The notes beneath the pieces are model-generated. The model saw nothing but the letters and a program-made list of their open reading frames with translations, made no database searches and was not told the DNA's origin. A stretch of DNA of 64,000 nucleotides from a virus. Made by a program: the position numbers and the translations under genes. Every line of letters begins with the position of its first letter. Within the stretch, counting starts at the first letter, position 1. The DNA is taken from positions 1 to 64,000 of the IMG/VR virus record IMGVR_UViG_3300042923_001459; one strand, written 5' to 3'. Positions 47,512 to 58,018 of the stretch are shown piece after piece.

Positions 47512-49179
47512 TTAAACTCTATACATTCTTCCAGTTGTAGGTCTTGGCATTCTACTTTTTCCACCAAATTCAGCTGCAAAATTAGCTAACGCATCAGAAC
47601 AACAAGCATCATCATGTCCACCATTTGGAGCTTCAATTCTTTTATTAACTGTTTGACGAACTTCCATCTCTAAATCTTTCCATTCACCAATCATTTTATG
47701 ATAAAAACCACCTAAATCTCTATTGCCAGTTTTATTAATTACATCTTTAGAAGGATATTTGAACCTTCCAACTTCTATATCATGCTTTATTTTTGCGAAC
47801 ATAATATTTTTCATATTCATACCAGAACGAGTATAGGAATCAGAAGCATTAAATGTGATACCTTCTAATTGTCTTAACCCATCTTGATCTCTAAGAATAT
47901 CAACAATTGGTCTACCTACACCAGTAAAATCAGCAAAAATTGACTCTACTGGAAATTTAGGTCTTGGTCCGCCAAACAATTTTAAAATTTCTAATCTTTG
48001 AGTATTAAAGCTCTCACCATGCATCTCCATAGCAAATACCTTTTCTCTTAATCCATTTGGTTGAACTCTCAATACTGAAATATGAGTATAATCGGCACCT
48101 GATGCGGCAGAACCTGCAAAGTCAATACCTGCAACGTATTTTTCTCCATAGTTGCCACTTTCTTGCCATTCGTGTTCTCCAGAGATCAATGTATCCCATT
48201 CCGATGTACTTAGGAATTGGCCAGCTCCATCAACAAATTCAAGCATATATTGTGTCTTAAAATCCTCTACTGACATTTCTCCTTCAGTCCAAACTTCTGG
48301 ATTTTTAGGGAAATATTGTTGCTTTAAAGGCTTAGGCATCAAACGAAGAACGTAAGCAGAGTATGGTCTCATTTCTTCTGGATTTTTGTAATCTGGAAGA
48401 TAAGTAGCATCCAAAGCCCATAATTGAGGACACTCTGTCCAGTCTTTTCTGATTTGAACAAATCCTTTTGGATTTTTAATTGAATCATATGCAATACCAG
48501 GTTGAAATGATTCCCAGAAATGATTACGAAATTTAGGTGTACCAATTTTAATAATTTTAGCATTTGTTGCACCACCCATCGGAACAATACGCTCAGATAC
48601 GGTGTAATTGGAAATTTTTTGTGCTTCATCTAATACAATTATATCAAATGTCAAACCCTCAATATTTGATTGGTCGGAACCAGAAACTGCCATTACATAA
48701 GAGCCATTGCTAAGTTCAATTTTACCTTTTGTACATTTTACAAGTTTATTGTTGAGTTTTTCTTCATTCATTTGAAAGAAGATAGCTGTACGTCCAACAT
48801 TAAGTTCTGCTTGCTGAATACGAGGGGTAAAGATACCAATTCTCATGTTTGGATAATTATCTAATAGGTAACCGGTAAATGATGCAATTGATTCTGTTTT
48901 ACCAGCTTGTCGAGCCATGAGGGCTGCAACAGAACGAATTTTAGGATTACATACAGCTCTAATTAACTCTACTTGATTAGCATGTAATTTCTGTTTATTT
49001 GGTGGCAAATGAGCTCTAAGAACTCTATGACAATATTCAACTGGATCCATTTTTGTAAGCATTTTTTTAAATATATAGCCACCTAAATCTTCACCATGAA
49101 TTTTATTTTGTTTCATAGCATTAAGTTGACCTTGAATAGCATTTGTATCACTTTTAAGTTTCGATATGTCGAAGAACAA
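47512..49179 (-). CDS. terminase large subunit
   Basis: Walker A ARQAGKT, Walker B IIVLDEAQ, IGTP, nuclease GIDFA and HDD. Confidence 0.9.
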   Translation of the reverse strand: MFFDISKLKSDTNAIQGQLNAMKQNKIHGEDLGGYIFKKMLTKMDPVEYCHRVLRAHLPPNKQKLHANQVELIRAVCNPKIRSVAALMARQAGKTESIASFTGYLLDNYPNMRIGIFTPRIQQAELNVGRTAIFFQMNEEKLNNKLVKCTKGKIELSNGSYVMAVSGSDQSNIEGLTFDIIVLDEAQKISNYTVSERIVPMGGATNAKIIKIGTPKFRNHFWESFQPGIAYDSIKNPKGFVQIRKDWTECPQLWALDATYLPDYKNPEEMRPYSAYVLRLMPKPLKQQYFPKNPEVWTEGEMSVEDFKTQYMLEFVDGAGQFLSTSEWDTLISGEHEWQESGNYGEKYVAGIDFAGSAASGADYTHISVLRVQPNGLREKVFAMEMHGESFNTQRLEILKLFGGPRPKFPVESIFADFTGVGRPIVDILRDQDGLRQLEGITFNASDSYTRSGMNMKNIMFAKIKHDIEVGRFKYPSKDVINKTGNRDLGGFYHKMIGEWKDLEMEVRQTVNKRIEAPNGGHDDACCSDALANFAAEFGGKSRMPRPTTGRMYRV

Positions 49180-49256
49180 AACAATACACTCCCTTGTGAA
49201 TATTTATTAATAAATATAAACACAAGGTACTTTATAATAACAAGAAAAAAGAGAAC

Positions 49257-49991
49257 TCAAACGAGTTCTCTTTCAGTAATTATTTTATCAATTTCTCTTT
49301 TAATCATAGCAAATACTTCGTCAACTGATTTTTGTTTGCCATTTTTCATTTGATCAATAACGATCCAGTTATCTCTAGTTTTTGCAAAGTCGAGATAAGT
49401 TTCTGATACATTAATTAGAAGTTGATTGTTATTTTCATGAATATCTTCTTTACCTTCTTGATACTCTCGTTTACCACGAGATTCAATTCGCTCGATAGAA
49501 ATTGAAGGGTCAACATAAAGATAAAAATTGTAATCAGGCTTCACAACTTTAAGTTCATTGAACTCCATGTCTTCAATCCATCCAATGAATTCTTGTCTCT
49601 CTTCTTTTGATATTTTTTTACCAGCTGTAAAAAGATTAGAGTAAGTATATCTATCAGCCAATACAATATGACCATTTTCAATACTATTTTTTATTTCATC
49701 TCTTAATCTTGCTCTATCTGCAGCATAAGCAATACATATGAGTTCATCAGGGACGCTGTCAATACCACCATATTCGCCCTTGAGGTATGATGCAATTACT
49801 TTTCCAATTGGACGTTCATATTCAGGAAAAGAAACAATGTGCACTGTATGACCAAGATTTTCAAGATACTTAGCTGTACTTTTAACATGTGTACCTTTAC
49901 CCGCTCCATCAATTCCCTCGAATGTAAGAAGTAAGCCTTGTTCTAGACGTTTTTTGTTTTTAAAGAGATTGTAAATTTGTAGCTTACTCAT
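49257..49991 (-). CDS. tmk: thymidylate kinase
   Basis: TFEGIDGAGK, AADR, LADRY, KPD. Confidence 0.88.
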   Translation of the reverse strand: MSKLQIYNLFKNKKRLEQGLLLTFEGIDGAGKGTHVKSTAKYLENLGHTVHIVSFPEYERPIGKVIASYLKGEYGGIDSVPDELICIAYAADRARLRDEIKNSIENGHIVLADRYTYSNLFTAGKKISKEERQEFIGWIEDMEFNELKVVKPDYNFYLYVDPSISIERIESRGKREYQEGKEDIHENNNQLLINVSETYLDFAKTRDNWIVIDQMKNGKQKSVDEVFAMIKREIDKIITERELV

Positions 49992-50004
49992 TGCTGCCAT
50001 CCCT

Positions 50005-50304
50005 TCAAACGTTTAATTTTTGTTTGTATTTATTTTTAAGAACAGTATTAAGAGTATCGAAATAGAAACAAGGTTCACCTTTATCGTTTAAACCTCTACC
50101 CATATAGACAAATTCTTCAACAGTGTTATCTTCAAATTCAATTTTAAATCCTTCTTTGTATAAATAGTCTTCTAATTGATGGAAAACATAAGTATCTACC
50201 GTTTCTGTATCTACTAACACATCACCATTTGGCATAGTGATTTTAGCAATTGAACCAATGCTATCTTGTTCGTTAACAATGAATTCTAAGAACTCCATAA
50301 ACAT
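50005..50304 (-). CDS. hypothetical protein
   Basis: ORF with GAGG SD. Confidence 0.65.
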   Translation of the reverse strand: MFMEFLEFIVNEQDSIGSIAKITMPNGDVLVDTETVDTYVFHQLEDYLYKEGFKIEFEDNTVEEFVYMGRGLNDKGEPCFYFDTLNTVLKNKYKQKLNV

Positions 50305-50384
50305 TCCTCTTTTCTTATTCTTATTTAATTATTATATGAATTATGTATACTCATTTTAAAGGATAATTAAATAAAAAAGACACC

Positions 50385-51086
50385 TTATTCATCGGTGCCT
50401 TTCAATTTGTTTATTTTGTTAATAAAAGCATTGTTGAAACCAGTCACTTCACGTATCTTGGCTTTACTTAAATCTATTTCACCAATACAACTTTTTTGAG
50501 CACATTTAATTGTTCCCGTGAAATCCTTATTGATAAGTTCTTTTGTAGCTTTTCTACAGGTTGGGCATCTTACTGATATGAGTTTCACAATTGCGTTCCT
50601 AGAGAACTTGCCAGCAGTTTCATCTTTATTCTCTTTATTTTCTTCATGATAGAGAAAAGTATTAGTTAAAGACCTTGCTGTTCTCTTTAAAGTGGTATCA
50701 AACAAAGTTTTCAATCTACCTGTATTTTTTACTGGATTTTTTACAACCTCAACTTGATCGTGTTCGTCAACCCACAATAAACCATATCCTTGTGGTAGTT
50801 CTTCTGGTTGAATTAAGTTAGTTGGACACATGATGTATGCATAGTGAGCATGATGAAAATAGGATGTTTTATCTCCAAATAGTTTAGTGTCTCTCTTATA
50901 ATCACCTTTTGAAGCTTTTACCTCAATAACCCTAACTTCTCTTCTTTTCAGATTCAAACCAACTGCATCCGCTATACTCCAAGCGTTATTGAATTCGACC
51001 TCGTTAGCTACTAAATCAGTCACTTTACTTTTTAGCCAATGCAATGCTACATATTTAAGGTGCTTGTGTGTTTCTCCCTCAGCCAT
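50385..51086 (-). CDS. PD-(D/E)XK nuclease, MmcB-like, with C-terminal Zn ribbon
   Basis: H..LK, ADAVG, IEVKASKGDYKRD, ELPQGYGLL; CPTC...C. Confidence 0.7.
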   Translation of the reverse strand: MAEGETHKHLKYVALHWLKSKVTDLVANEVEFNNAWSIADAVGLNLKRREVRVIEVKASKGDYKRDTKLFGDKTSYFHHAHYAYIMCPTNLIQPEELPQGYGLLWVDEHDQVEVVKNPVKNTGRLKTLFDTTLKRTARSLTNTFLYHEENKENKDETAGKFSRNAIVKLISVRCPTCRKATKELINKDFTGTIKCAQKSCIGEIDLSKAKIREVTGFNNAFINKINKLKGTDE

Positions 51087-51163
51087 GAAATCGCCTCCTT
51101 ATATATTCTATTCAAAATTTGCAAACTTTATTACAAAATAAATAAAAAAGGAGCCGAAGCTCC

Positions 51164-51538
51164 TTATTCAAAACCATCTTTTAATTTAGCAATTCTTGCT
51201 ATTTCTACAAAAAGCTTTTTAAATTCATCAAAATCATAGAAAGTATATCTAGCACTGTGTGTTGAAGAATCATGATTGAAATGCGAAGTTTTAAAATTGG
51301 ATTTATCTAAATACGATATTAAAGTTCTGTGATCATGTGCATGTTTCATTAAGTAAATAGAAAAGACCAATTTATCTTCATAACAAAACAATTCAAACTC
51401 AAATATTTTATTTACATTAATTCGTAGATAGGTTAGTGTTTCATCACTGTGAAGTGTCTTCATCGTTACTGGAGCTCCACCAGTTAATTCTGCCATTACA
51501 AGAAATGCGCTTAGAAAATCCTCAAATTCATCCAACAT
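51164..51538 (-). CDS. hypothetical protein
   Basis: ORF; start uncertain. Confidence 0.6.
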   Translation of the reverse strand: MLDEFEDFLSAFLVMAELTGGAPVTMKTLHSDETLTYLRINVNKIFEFELFCYEDKLVFSIYLMKHAHDHRTLISYLDKSNFKTSHFNHDSSTHSARYTFYDFDEFKKLFVEIARIAKLKDGFE

Positions 51539-51545
51539 TACAATA

Positions 51546-52280
51546 CTACTCTTTATATGCACCAACGAGTTTTTCAATTGCTTTTTTCCTCGCTTTCATA
51601 GATTCCAAATTATCTCTAAGCGTATCAAGCTTTCTTTGAGCCAAATTTACTTTATCTGGTTCAATTTCGTTATCAACGATAATTTTTTGAATTTCAATTT
51701 CAACTTCTAACTTTGGAATACTTTTGGTTACGTCTTCTAATAAACCTTTTAAAATATAAATCTTTAATTCGTCCATGTTACTCACTTTTTCTTCGCCACC
51801 TTTTGGTAAATTACTTATTCTTTCAATAGTGCTGTTTTCAGAGTTGCGTTGAAACACATAGTGAGGTATTTTTTTAGCCTCATCTTTTTTTGGTTCAACT
51901 TTTTTCTTTTTTAACTCTTTTACAGGAACAACAATATCTTTTGTTTCTTCTTCTAAATCTAATTTTAGATTTATTTTTTCAATATCTAGACTTTGTTCTT
52001 TAGCTATCACTCTTTCTAACCATTCATCATTGATTGGAGGAAGATCAAGCTCTGCAATAGGGGCATAAACTGTGTCTAGTGTTTTCAATTCTTCTTCGAC
52101 GTTAAGTTCAACTTCCTTTTCAACAAATACTTCATCAACTGCAGATTCTTTTTCTGGCTGACTTTCTTCAATCGGAGCTTGTTGTATTGGCTGTGAGTCA
52201 TTTATTAACTCAGATTCGCTCTGTTTCCTTGAAGAATTATTATTTAAACGTGGATTATAAGAATTTTTACCCTTGGCCAT
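51546..52280 (-). CDS. hypothetical acidic/coiled-coil protein
   Basis: ORF overlapping the exonuclease stop. Confidence 0.7.
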   Translation of the reverse strand: MAKGKNSYNPRLNNNSSRKQSESELINDSQPIQQAPIEESQPEKESAVDEVFVEKEVELNVEEELKTLDTVYAPIAELDLPPINDEWLERVIAKEQSLDIEKINLKLDLEEETKDIVVPVKELKKKKVEPKKDEAKKIPHYVFQRNSENSTIERISNLPKGGEEKVSNMDELKIYILKGLLEDVTKSIPKLEVEIEIQKIIVDNEIEPDKVNLAQRKLDTLRDNLESMKARKKAIEKLVGAYKE

Positions 52281-53145
52281 TATAAAAACCGTCCTTCATT
52301 AGCTTTTTAATAAAGCTATAAAACTCGAGGTCAGTAAATATTTCTCTTGCAGCCTTCCAATTGAGTTGAATTTCACAGTCATCGAAGGTATAAGGAACCG
52401 GAACATCCCGTCGAATAGTTACAAGTTCTAATGTTTTGCTTGCATTTGGTGCCCAAGCTCTAACATTTTCACCAATTTTACCTTTAATAGCTCCAGCATT
52501 TTCAACAACACCATCAAGAGAACCATATTCTTTAAGAAGTTTGATTCCTGTTTTTTGGCCGCATTTTTCAATACCCTTAACATTATCTCCACCATCACCC
52601 ATTAAAGCTTTAAGTTCTGCAAATTGTTCAACTTTAATATCATACTCAGTTTCAAATGCTTCACGAGTATAAAATTTCATATTAGAAGTACCTGTTAATG
52701 GAAACATTACTGTTGTGTTATCATCAATCAATTGAAAACTATCTTTATCACCAGTAAAAATATAAGTCTTATCAGCTTCAGTGATATTAGCATAAGTACC
52801 AAGAACATCATCTGCTTCATAGCCAGGAATGCCAACATGTTTAATGCCAATTAAAGTTAAGATAGATTTAATGTCTTCAAATTGACTATATAATCCTTCT
52901 GATTTAGAAGAATCACGATTAGCTTTATATGTTTCATCAATACCTGTTCTAAAGTTAGCTTTTCCTACATCCCATCCAATAACAACGTGAGTAGCTCTTA
53001 CCATTTTCATAGCACTATCAAGCATTGTGAAAAACCTGTAAGTTCCTCCAGTTTCTCTACCGCCAGAAGTTGTCATTACTGGTGGTACAAAAGCTCCCCT
53101 ACAAGCAATTGAGTTACCGTCTACGATTAAAAGTACTTTTTCCAT
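52267..53145 (-). CDS. 5'-3' exonuclease / flap endonuclease (PolA N-terminal type)
   Basis: LIVDGNS, YKANR, GYEADD, TGDKD, LMGDGGDNVKGI. Confidence 0.92.
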   Translation of the reverse strand: MEKVLLIVDGNSIACRGAFVPPVMTTSGGRETGGTYRFFTMLDSAMKMVRATHVVIGWDVGKANFRTGIDETYKANRDSSKSEGLYSQFEDIKSILTLIGIKHVGIPGYEADDVLGTYANITEADKTYIFTGDKDSFQLIDDNTTVMFPLTGTSNMKFYTREAFETEYDIKVEQFAELKALMGDGGDNVKGIEKCGQKTGIKLLKEYGSLDGVVENAGAIKGKIGENVRAWAPNASKTLELVTIRRDVPVPYTFDDCEIQLNWKAAREIFTDLEFYSFIKKLMKDGFYNGQG

Positions 53146-53160
53146 TTTTGTATCCTCCAG

Positions 53161-53355
53161 TTAGCTACTTACGATTTCTATATTTTCTTTCATCCAAGCA
53201 AATACTTTTTCTCTAAATTCCGTATCATTGGGTCCCCATTGAATTGCGAGATTCATAATATCTAACGGAATAGAATCAATAATGTCGTCAATTTGATTTT
53301 GACTTGGTTTTTCTCCAATAATATCGACAAAACAATCATTAATTGTATTTTTCAT
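53161..53355 (-). CDS. hypothetical protein
   Basis: ATGA overlap with NAD kinase; AAGGAG SD. Confidence 0.65.
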   Translation of the reverse strand: MKNTINDCFVDIIGEKPSQNQIDDIIDSIPLDIMNLAIQWGPNDTEFREKVFAWMKENIEIVSS

Positions 53356-54137
53356 ACAAATGACTCCTTTACGCGATTCCAAAAAGTATGTCTTTTGCAT
53401 CTAGCAAATCTAATCTTCTTATTTGAAACTCTTAATTTCAATTTTGAAAAATTATCAGCTATCACAGTATGGTCTGCACCAAGAACCAACTCATCGCTAT
53501 CTCCTTCAATGTGAATTTCTAGAGTGTGATGCTTTGGTAAAATGATAGAAGAACCAATAGTTCTAAACACGTTGTTGTTTACTGACGCCATCTCTGATAA
53601 TTGTATAGCTTCCAATGAAGGATGAACAATTGATCCATTTAGAGCTTTATTGTAAGCAGTACTTCCAGATGGAGTTGATATACATAAACCATCACCTCTG
53701 AAATTTTCGAAATGATCACCATTGATGTATACACTGCATATTAAAGATTTTTTAGGACTTTTCAAATAAATTTCATTTACAGCCAAGTACTCAAGTTCTT
53801 CTTCACCATCATTAAATGTCAACTCAACAAGTGGATATTCAACAATGGTTGGTTCATCATTGATTAAATGGTTAAGTAGTTCTTCAAAATCAGCTTGTTT
53901 CCAATCAGTATAGAAACCCAAGTGACCAGTATGTAAACCAACAAAAGCTACTTTGTCAAGAGAATCACTATATTTGTGGAATGCATGTAGCATAGTTCCA
54001 TCCCCGCCAATACTCAACACAATATCAGGTGTACCATAAGTTTGCCACCCAGCATATTTTAATCTATCTCTTATGGCATTTGCTAATCCGTCAGAAAGAA
54101 TGTCACCACGACTAACAATATCGAATTTTTTAATCAT
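53352..54137 (-). CDS. ppnK: NAD kinase
   Basis: GGDGT, GHLGFY, NE, GDGLCISTPSGSTAY. Confidence 0.92.
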   Translation of the reverse strand: MIKKFDIVSRGDILSDGLANAIRDRLKYAGWQTYGTPDIVLSIGGDGTMLHAFHKYSDSLDKVAFVGLHTGHLGFYTDWKQADFEELLNHLINDEPTIVEYPLVELTFNDGEEELEYLAVNEIYLKSPKKSLICSVYINGDHFENFRGDGLCISTPSGSTAYNKALNGSIVHPSLEAIQLSEMASVNNNVFRTIGSSIILPKHHTLEIHIEGDSDELVLGADHTVIADNFSKLKLRVSNKKIRFARCKRHTFWNRVKESFV

Positions 54138-54230
54138 TTATCTTTACCTTCCCATCTTTTTTTAATTATTATATGATAAAAAGGGACTGAGTTTTACTCA
54201 ATAAAAAAATAGTAGGTTTTATCCTACTAC

Positions 54231-54920
54231 TTAATTGGTGTAATCATAAGTTTCAAAATCAAGTAAGACACCTTTTTTATTTGAAATTGATTTTTTACAA
54301 GTATCTATTAGTCTTTCTAATGCAGCTTTCATTAATGGTTCTCTACCATATGTACCAAGTTTTGTTTCAATAGCACATAGTACAGTTTCGTGTATGCCGG
54401 ATTCCATATAGTTACCGCTTGAATCGAGTATACCTGAATTATTATTGTGTTTGTAACCCATTTTAATTGGGCTTTCACCGAGATTTGGATCATATATAAC
54501 TACTGGAGAAGGGTTGCTTTTTCCTGCATTCCATCCCTCTTGAGATTTAGTAAATAACATAACAAACGTCCATTCATTTGACCACTTACTCAAAATATCT
54601 TCCAATTCATCTAGAAGAGATTTAGTTTTATCGAAATCAACGTAGACGTCATTGTTGGCGGTGTACATAAAGGTTGGATACTTACTACCCATTAACCTCA
54701 AATTATCAAGACCTTTAGCATTACCGCCACCAATGATGTGTTCTAAATTATACCAAATGGTATCCATTAGATTATAGAGAAGTGGTGGTGAAATCGTAAT
54801 TTTTTCCCATAGCTGATTGTCAATTTCATCAGCAATTCTAGCCATGTTAGCGCGAATATCACGATCTTGAATTCCTTCATCTCTTAGCATTTTTAAAATC
54901 TTACTCGTAAAATCTTCCAT
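54231..54920 (-). CDS. hypothetical protein
   Basis: 229-aa ORF. Confidence 0.65.
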   Translation of the reverse strand: MEDFTSKILKMLRDEGIQDRDIRANMARIADEIDNQLWEKITISPPLLYNLMDTIWYNLEHIIGGGNAKGLDNLRLMGSKYPTFMYTANNDVYVDFDKTKSLLDELEDILSKWSNEWTFVMLFTKSQEGWNAGKSNPSPVVIYDPNLGESPIKMGYKHNNNSGILDSSGNYMESGIHETVLCAIETKLGTYGREPLMKAALERLIDTCKKSISNKKGVLLDFETYDYTN

Positions 54921-54963
54921 ACTAAGGACACAAAAATCGTATCCTCACACCTTCCTTTCTCTT

Positions 54964-55281
54964 TTAGAGTAGGGGATTCTTGCTGTCTTTCTTGATACCA
55001 AATACTTCATTCACTACTTCAGAAGCAGCAGATAGAGCAGCACCAGCAATAATTGTAAAGAATACTTCGCTTGCATAGAAAGTTTCAGGTAGATCACCAT
55101 TGATAGATTCAACTATTTTCTCCAAAGAATCAATCTTCTTCTCAATTTCAATTAAGCGAGCCTTGATTTCTTTTTCCTCGTCAGTCAATTCTATTTGCAC
55201 ATCTGGTTGTTGTTTCGACTTTGAAGCTCCTGGAAGGAGAACCAATTTCGATTTTAAGTCCTTGTCATCTTTATTGCTCAT
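54964..55281 (-). CDS. hypothetical protein
   Basis: GAGGGG SD; coiled coil. Confidence 0.65.
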   Translation of the reverse strand: MSNKDDKDLKSKLVLLPGASKSKQQPDVQIELTDEEKEIKARLIEIEKKIDSLEKIVESINGDLPETFYASEVFFTIIAGAALSAASEVVNEVFGIKKDSKNPLL

Positions 55282-55427
55282 ATAATGACCCCCTCGAGAG
55301 AAGCTAGTAAAGCCCTCTCAAGGAATAAATATCGTTATATTTGATAATTATTACTTAGCACCCTGTGAACGGTTTTAATGCTTTTTTAAACTTTTTTCTT
55401 CATAAGAAGAACTCAATAAACCCAATA

Positions 55428-56189
55428 TCAATTATCTTGTAATACCCAAAACTTAAGTTGCTTGTTACCAAGTTTTAAGGCTTCTTGCGTAGTTGAGACG
55501 CATATGTCGACTCTGTATTTTCCTTTAATAGCTCCTCCGGTGTCTTGGGCAATTACCACACCGAATCCTTCTACATAGAACTTTGTACCGAGTTCCCAAT
55601 AACGAGTATCTACCGCTATCGTCACTCCTGGTTGCGCTTTTGCACCAGAGGCAGTTTTGCCTGTGCATCCAACACATTTCGGAGTATAGAATGAAGCATT
55701 AAAAACACCAGTGGGTTGGGTGTTTTCTATTTCATTGATGTTGTTGGTCTGGATAGGTTTCACTTTAGCCACATTTGAAGAATCAACAGAAAGATTCTTA
55801 AGTGTATTAGCTTGTTTCTCACTACCCAAGGCTATTGTTAGCCGTTTTTTTTCCAGGGCGTCACGGCGTTCCCTGTATTTTTTTGTTAAATCCTCATTAT
55901 CTACTGTTAATTGTTGTATACTTTGTTCTTGTAATGCGACCTTACTTTTTAAATCTTCAATTATCTGTTTATTAGCCGTAGATTCTTGCTTGATGATTTC
56001 AAACTGACCAACTACTTCATTCAACTGTCTCGATCTCTCTGTTAAGTCTTTGCCCATTACCCACATACTAAGTGAGGAAAACAGAATCAACGCTGCACTG
56101 CCAATCGCAACGATATAAAATTTCTTTCGTGAAACTGGTAATGCATTTGGGTTTAATTGAGTTCTCCTATTGGCTGCCGGGTTTTTCAT
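55428..56189 (-). CDS. 3D-domain cell-wall enzyme with TM anchor and coiled coil
   Basis: TASG, IAVD, AQDTGGAIKG, VDI. Confidence 0.85.
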   Translation of the reverse strand: MKNPAANRRTQLNPNALPVSRKKFYIVAIGSAALILFSSLSMWVMGKDLTERSRQLNEVVGQFEIIKQESTANKQIIEDLKSKVALQEQSIQQLTVDNEDLTKKYRERRDALEKKRLTIALGSEKQANTLKNLSVDSSNVAKVKPIQTNNINEIENTQPTGVFNASFYTPKCVGCTGKTASGAKAQPGVTIAVDTRYWELGTKFYVEGFGVVIAQDTGGAIKGKYRVDICVSTTQEALKLGNKQLKFWVLQDN

Positions 56190-56263
56190 ACAGCACCTCC
56201 ATAGGATGTTTGTGAATCATTTTTTATTTTATGATTATAAATGTCAAATATTAACTGCTAATG

Positions 56264-56464
56264 TCGAGACGTAAGTGTCTCTAGGATGTCCTCTAATTCA
56301 CGTAGTGCATTGATATCAGTGATATCTATGAATCAATGGTTATTCACAGGGTGCATCTATAAATATAAGATCTATTATATAAGAATATAAATAAAGAAAT
56401 ATAGAGAAAGATAAGAGAGAGAGGGAAGCAAGTTCCCTGTGCAATTAATGTTTTTACGTCTCGA
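56264..56464. repeat. nested inverted repeats flanking a purine-skewed AT-rich core
   Basis: TCGAGACGTAA (56264) / TTACGTCTCGA (56454); CACAGGG (56345) / CCCTGTG (56435). Confidence 0.6.
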
Positions 56465-56541
56465 ATTCAGTCGTGTTACTATTTGATATTTGAACTTTAA
56501 TAGGTTTAACCATGACTTATATTCTAGTTTTATCCTTGCAT

Positions 56542-57042
56542 CTACTTACCCTTAACTGCTCTCAACAAGTTTACGTAATCAAGAAAAGCTTTCAACTCTT
56601 TACCTTCAATTCTACTAACATTTAACTTGTTGTTCTTAAGAGGACCGCTATTTTGTATTTTGTGTATCAGATAAGAGTTTGGAAAAAAGCGATACTCATA
56701 AATCCCAAACTTTTTAAAATCAACAAGAAATGCAACCCAAACTTTCTTACCTGTGTTTGCTTCTTTTTTTGCATAAGCTTCAACGTGACTCTTGTTTATA
56801 AGTAAACAATTTTCAGGTTCAATACCTGTATGCTGCATTGACCACATAAACTCAGATTCTAGATACTTACTGTCTACGTACATTTCATCGTACACAAGTT
56901 CAATATCAATATCCTTCACATCTTCTTCGTTGTTGAGTTTTGATGGAACACCATTAAGATTTAATAACTCAACTAATAAATCTTCTTTGTCATTGCCAAT
57001 CTTTAATTTTTCTTCAAAGCTTCTACTATCTGATTGATACAA
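56542..57042 (-). CDS. hypothetical protein, possible PD-(D/E)XK fold
   Basis: G..KE, DIDIE, YVDSK. Confidence 0.55.
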   Translation of the reverse strand: MYQSDSRSFEEKLKIGNDKEDLLVELLNLNGVPSKLNNEEDVKDIDIELVYDEMYVDSKYLESEFMWSMQHTGIEPENCLLINKSHVEAYAKKEANTGKKVWVAFLVDFKKFGIYEYRFFPNSYLIHKIQNSGPLKNNKLNVSRIEGKELKAFLDYVNLLRAVKGK

Positions 57043-57366
57043 GTTTATTCACATCCCTTTAAAAAGTTAATATTATTAAGCGTTAAAATATGAATCGAGT
57101 ATATTGTATGAAATTTAGCAGCTATGTTTAAATTTTATGTAAATAAGTTACGTGATTAAAAATGTTCAATTTTTGATTCTGTGGCGATATTTACATCAAT
57201 ATGAATGAAATAACACAGTATGTATATTTTCAAACCTCAGTTGAAATCATGTACCTAAATAATAATCATTTCCATCAGTAAAAGATGCGGAATATGTTCA
57301 CCGTCTGGTATAATCTGGTTTTTGACAAAAAAATACCCATCTTTTAATGAGATGGGATATCAGGAC

Positions 57367-57732
57367 TTATTTTTTTATATCCATAATTTTATCAATCATT
57401 TCTTCAGAAACTGCATCAGTTATGTCAAGCTCAATCTCAACACCATTTTGCACAAATAGTTGTACAGCAATTGTTACGCAATTAGAACAAATAAGGGGTT
57501 CATTTTTTTCACTTAAAGAAACTACTGGTTTTTCGTTAGTTCCAATAGTTCCACAAAATGAACACGAATGAAATGAACTTTGCAAACCTTCAAGTCCAGC
57601 AGTTCCTCCATATAGTGGTAAAATTTGTCCATCTTCAAATTCAACAAAAGTCATTTGTCCATCTTGTTTGATGTCCTTTACTGGTTGTTTCATTAATATT
57701 GTAAGTTCTTTTATTCTTTCCTCATCTAACAT
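57367..57732 (-). CDS. ClpX C4-type zinc-finger-like protein
   Basis: CSFCG-x(16)-ICSNCV. Confidence 0.65.
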   Translation of the reverse strand: MLDEERIKELTILMKQPVKDIKQDGQMTFVEFEDGQILPLYGGTAGLEGLQSSFHSCSFCGTIGTNEKPVVSLSEKNEPLICSNCVTIAVQLFVQNGVEIELDITDAVSEEMIDKIMDIKK

Positions 57733-57733
57733 A

Positions 57734-58003
57734 TCACATCTTCCTTCCAAGTATAGAATTTAACATTGAATCAACTTGGTTAGAACCATTTGAGTTCTTT
57801 AAAATGGTCTGTGTTACTGTTAATTCATTAAGCACTCTAGAAAGTTGAAGCATAATTGAACTAGCTTCTATTAGATTTTCAAACTTATAGTTCTTGTCAT
57901 TTCTATTATCTTCCATAGAACACTTACGAGACAACAATTCTATTTGTTTTACTATGGCATTTATAGCTAAATCAATTTGATCTTGCTGCGACTCCAAACT
58001 CAT
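57734..58003 (-). CDS. hypothetical protein
   Basis: ORF. Confidence 0.65.
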   Translation of the reverse strand: MSLESQQDQIDLAINAIVKQIELLSRKCSMEDNRNDKNYKFENLIEASSIMLQLSRVLNELTVTQTILKNSNGSNQVDSMLNSILGRKM

Positions 58004-58018
58004 TTTTAACTTCCCTTC

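Noticed and set aside
47512-49179. Intein or intron in terminase, portal or capsid genes
   Set aside because: ORFs are continuous and of ordinary size, with no intein terminal motifs seen.
56190-56541. c-di-AMP (ydaO) riboswitch upstream of the 3D-domain gene
   Set aside because: I could not identify the conserved ydaO elements; an Rfam search would be needed.
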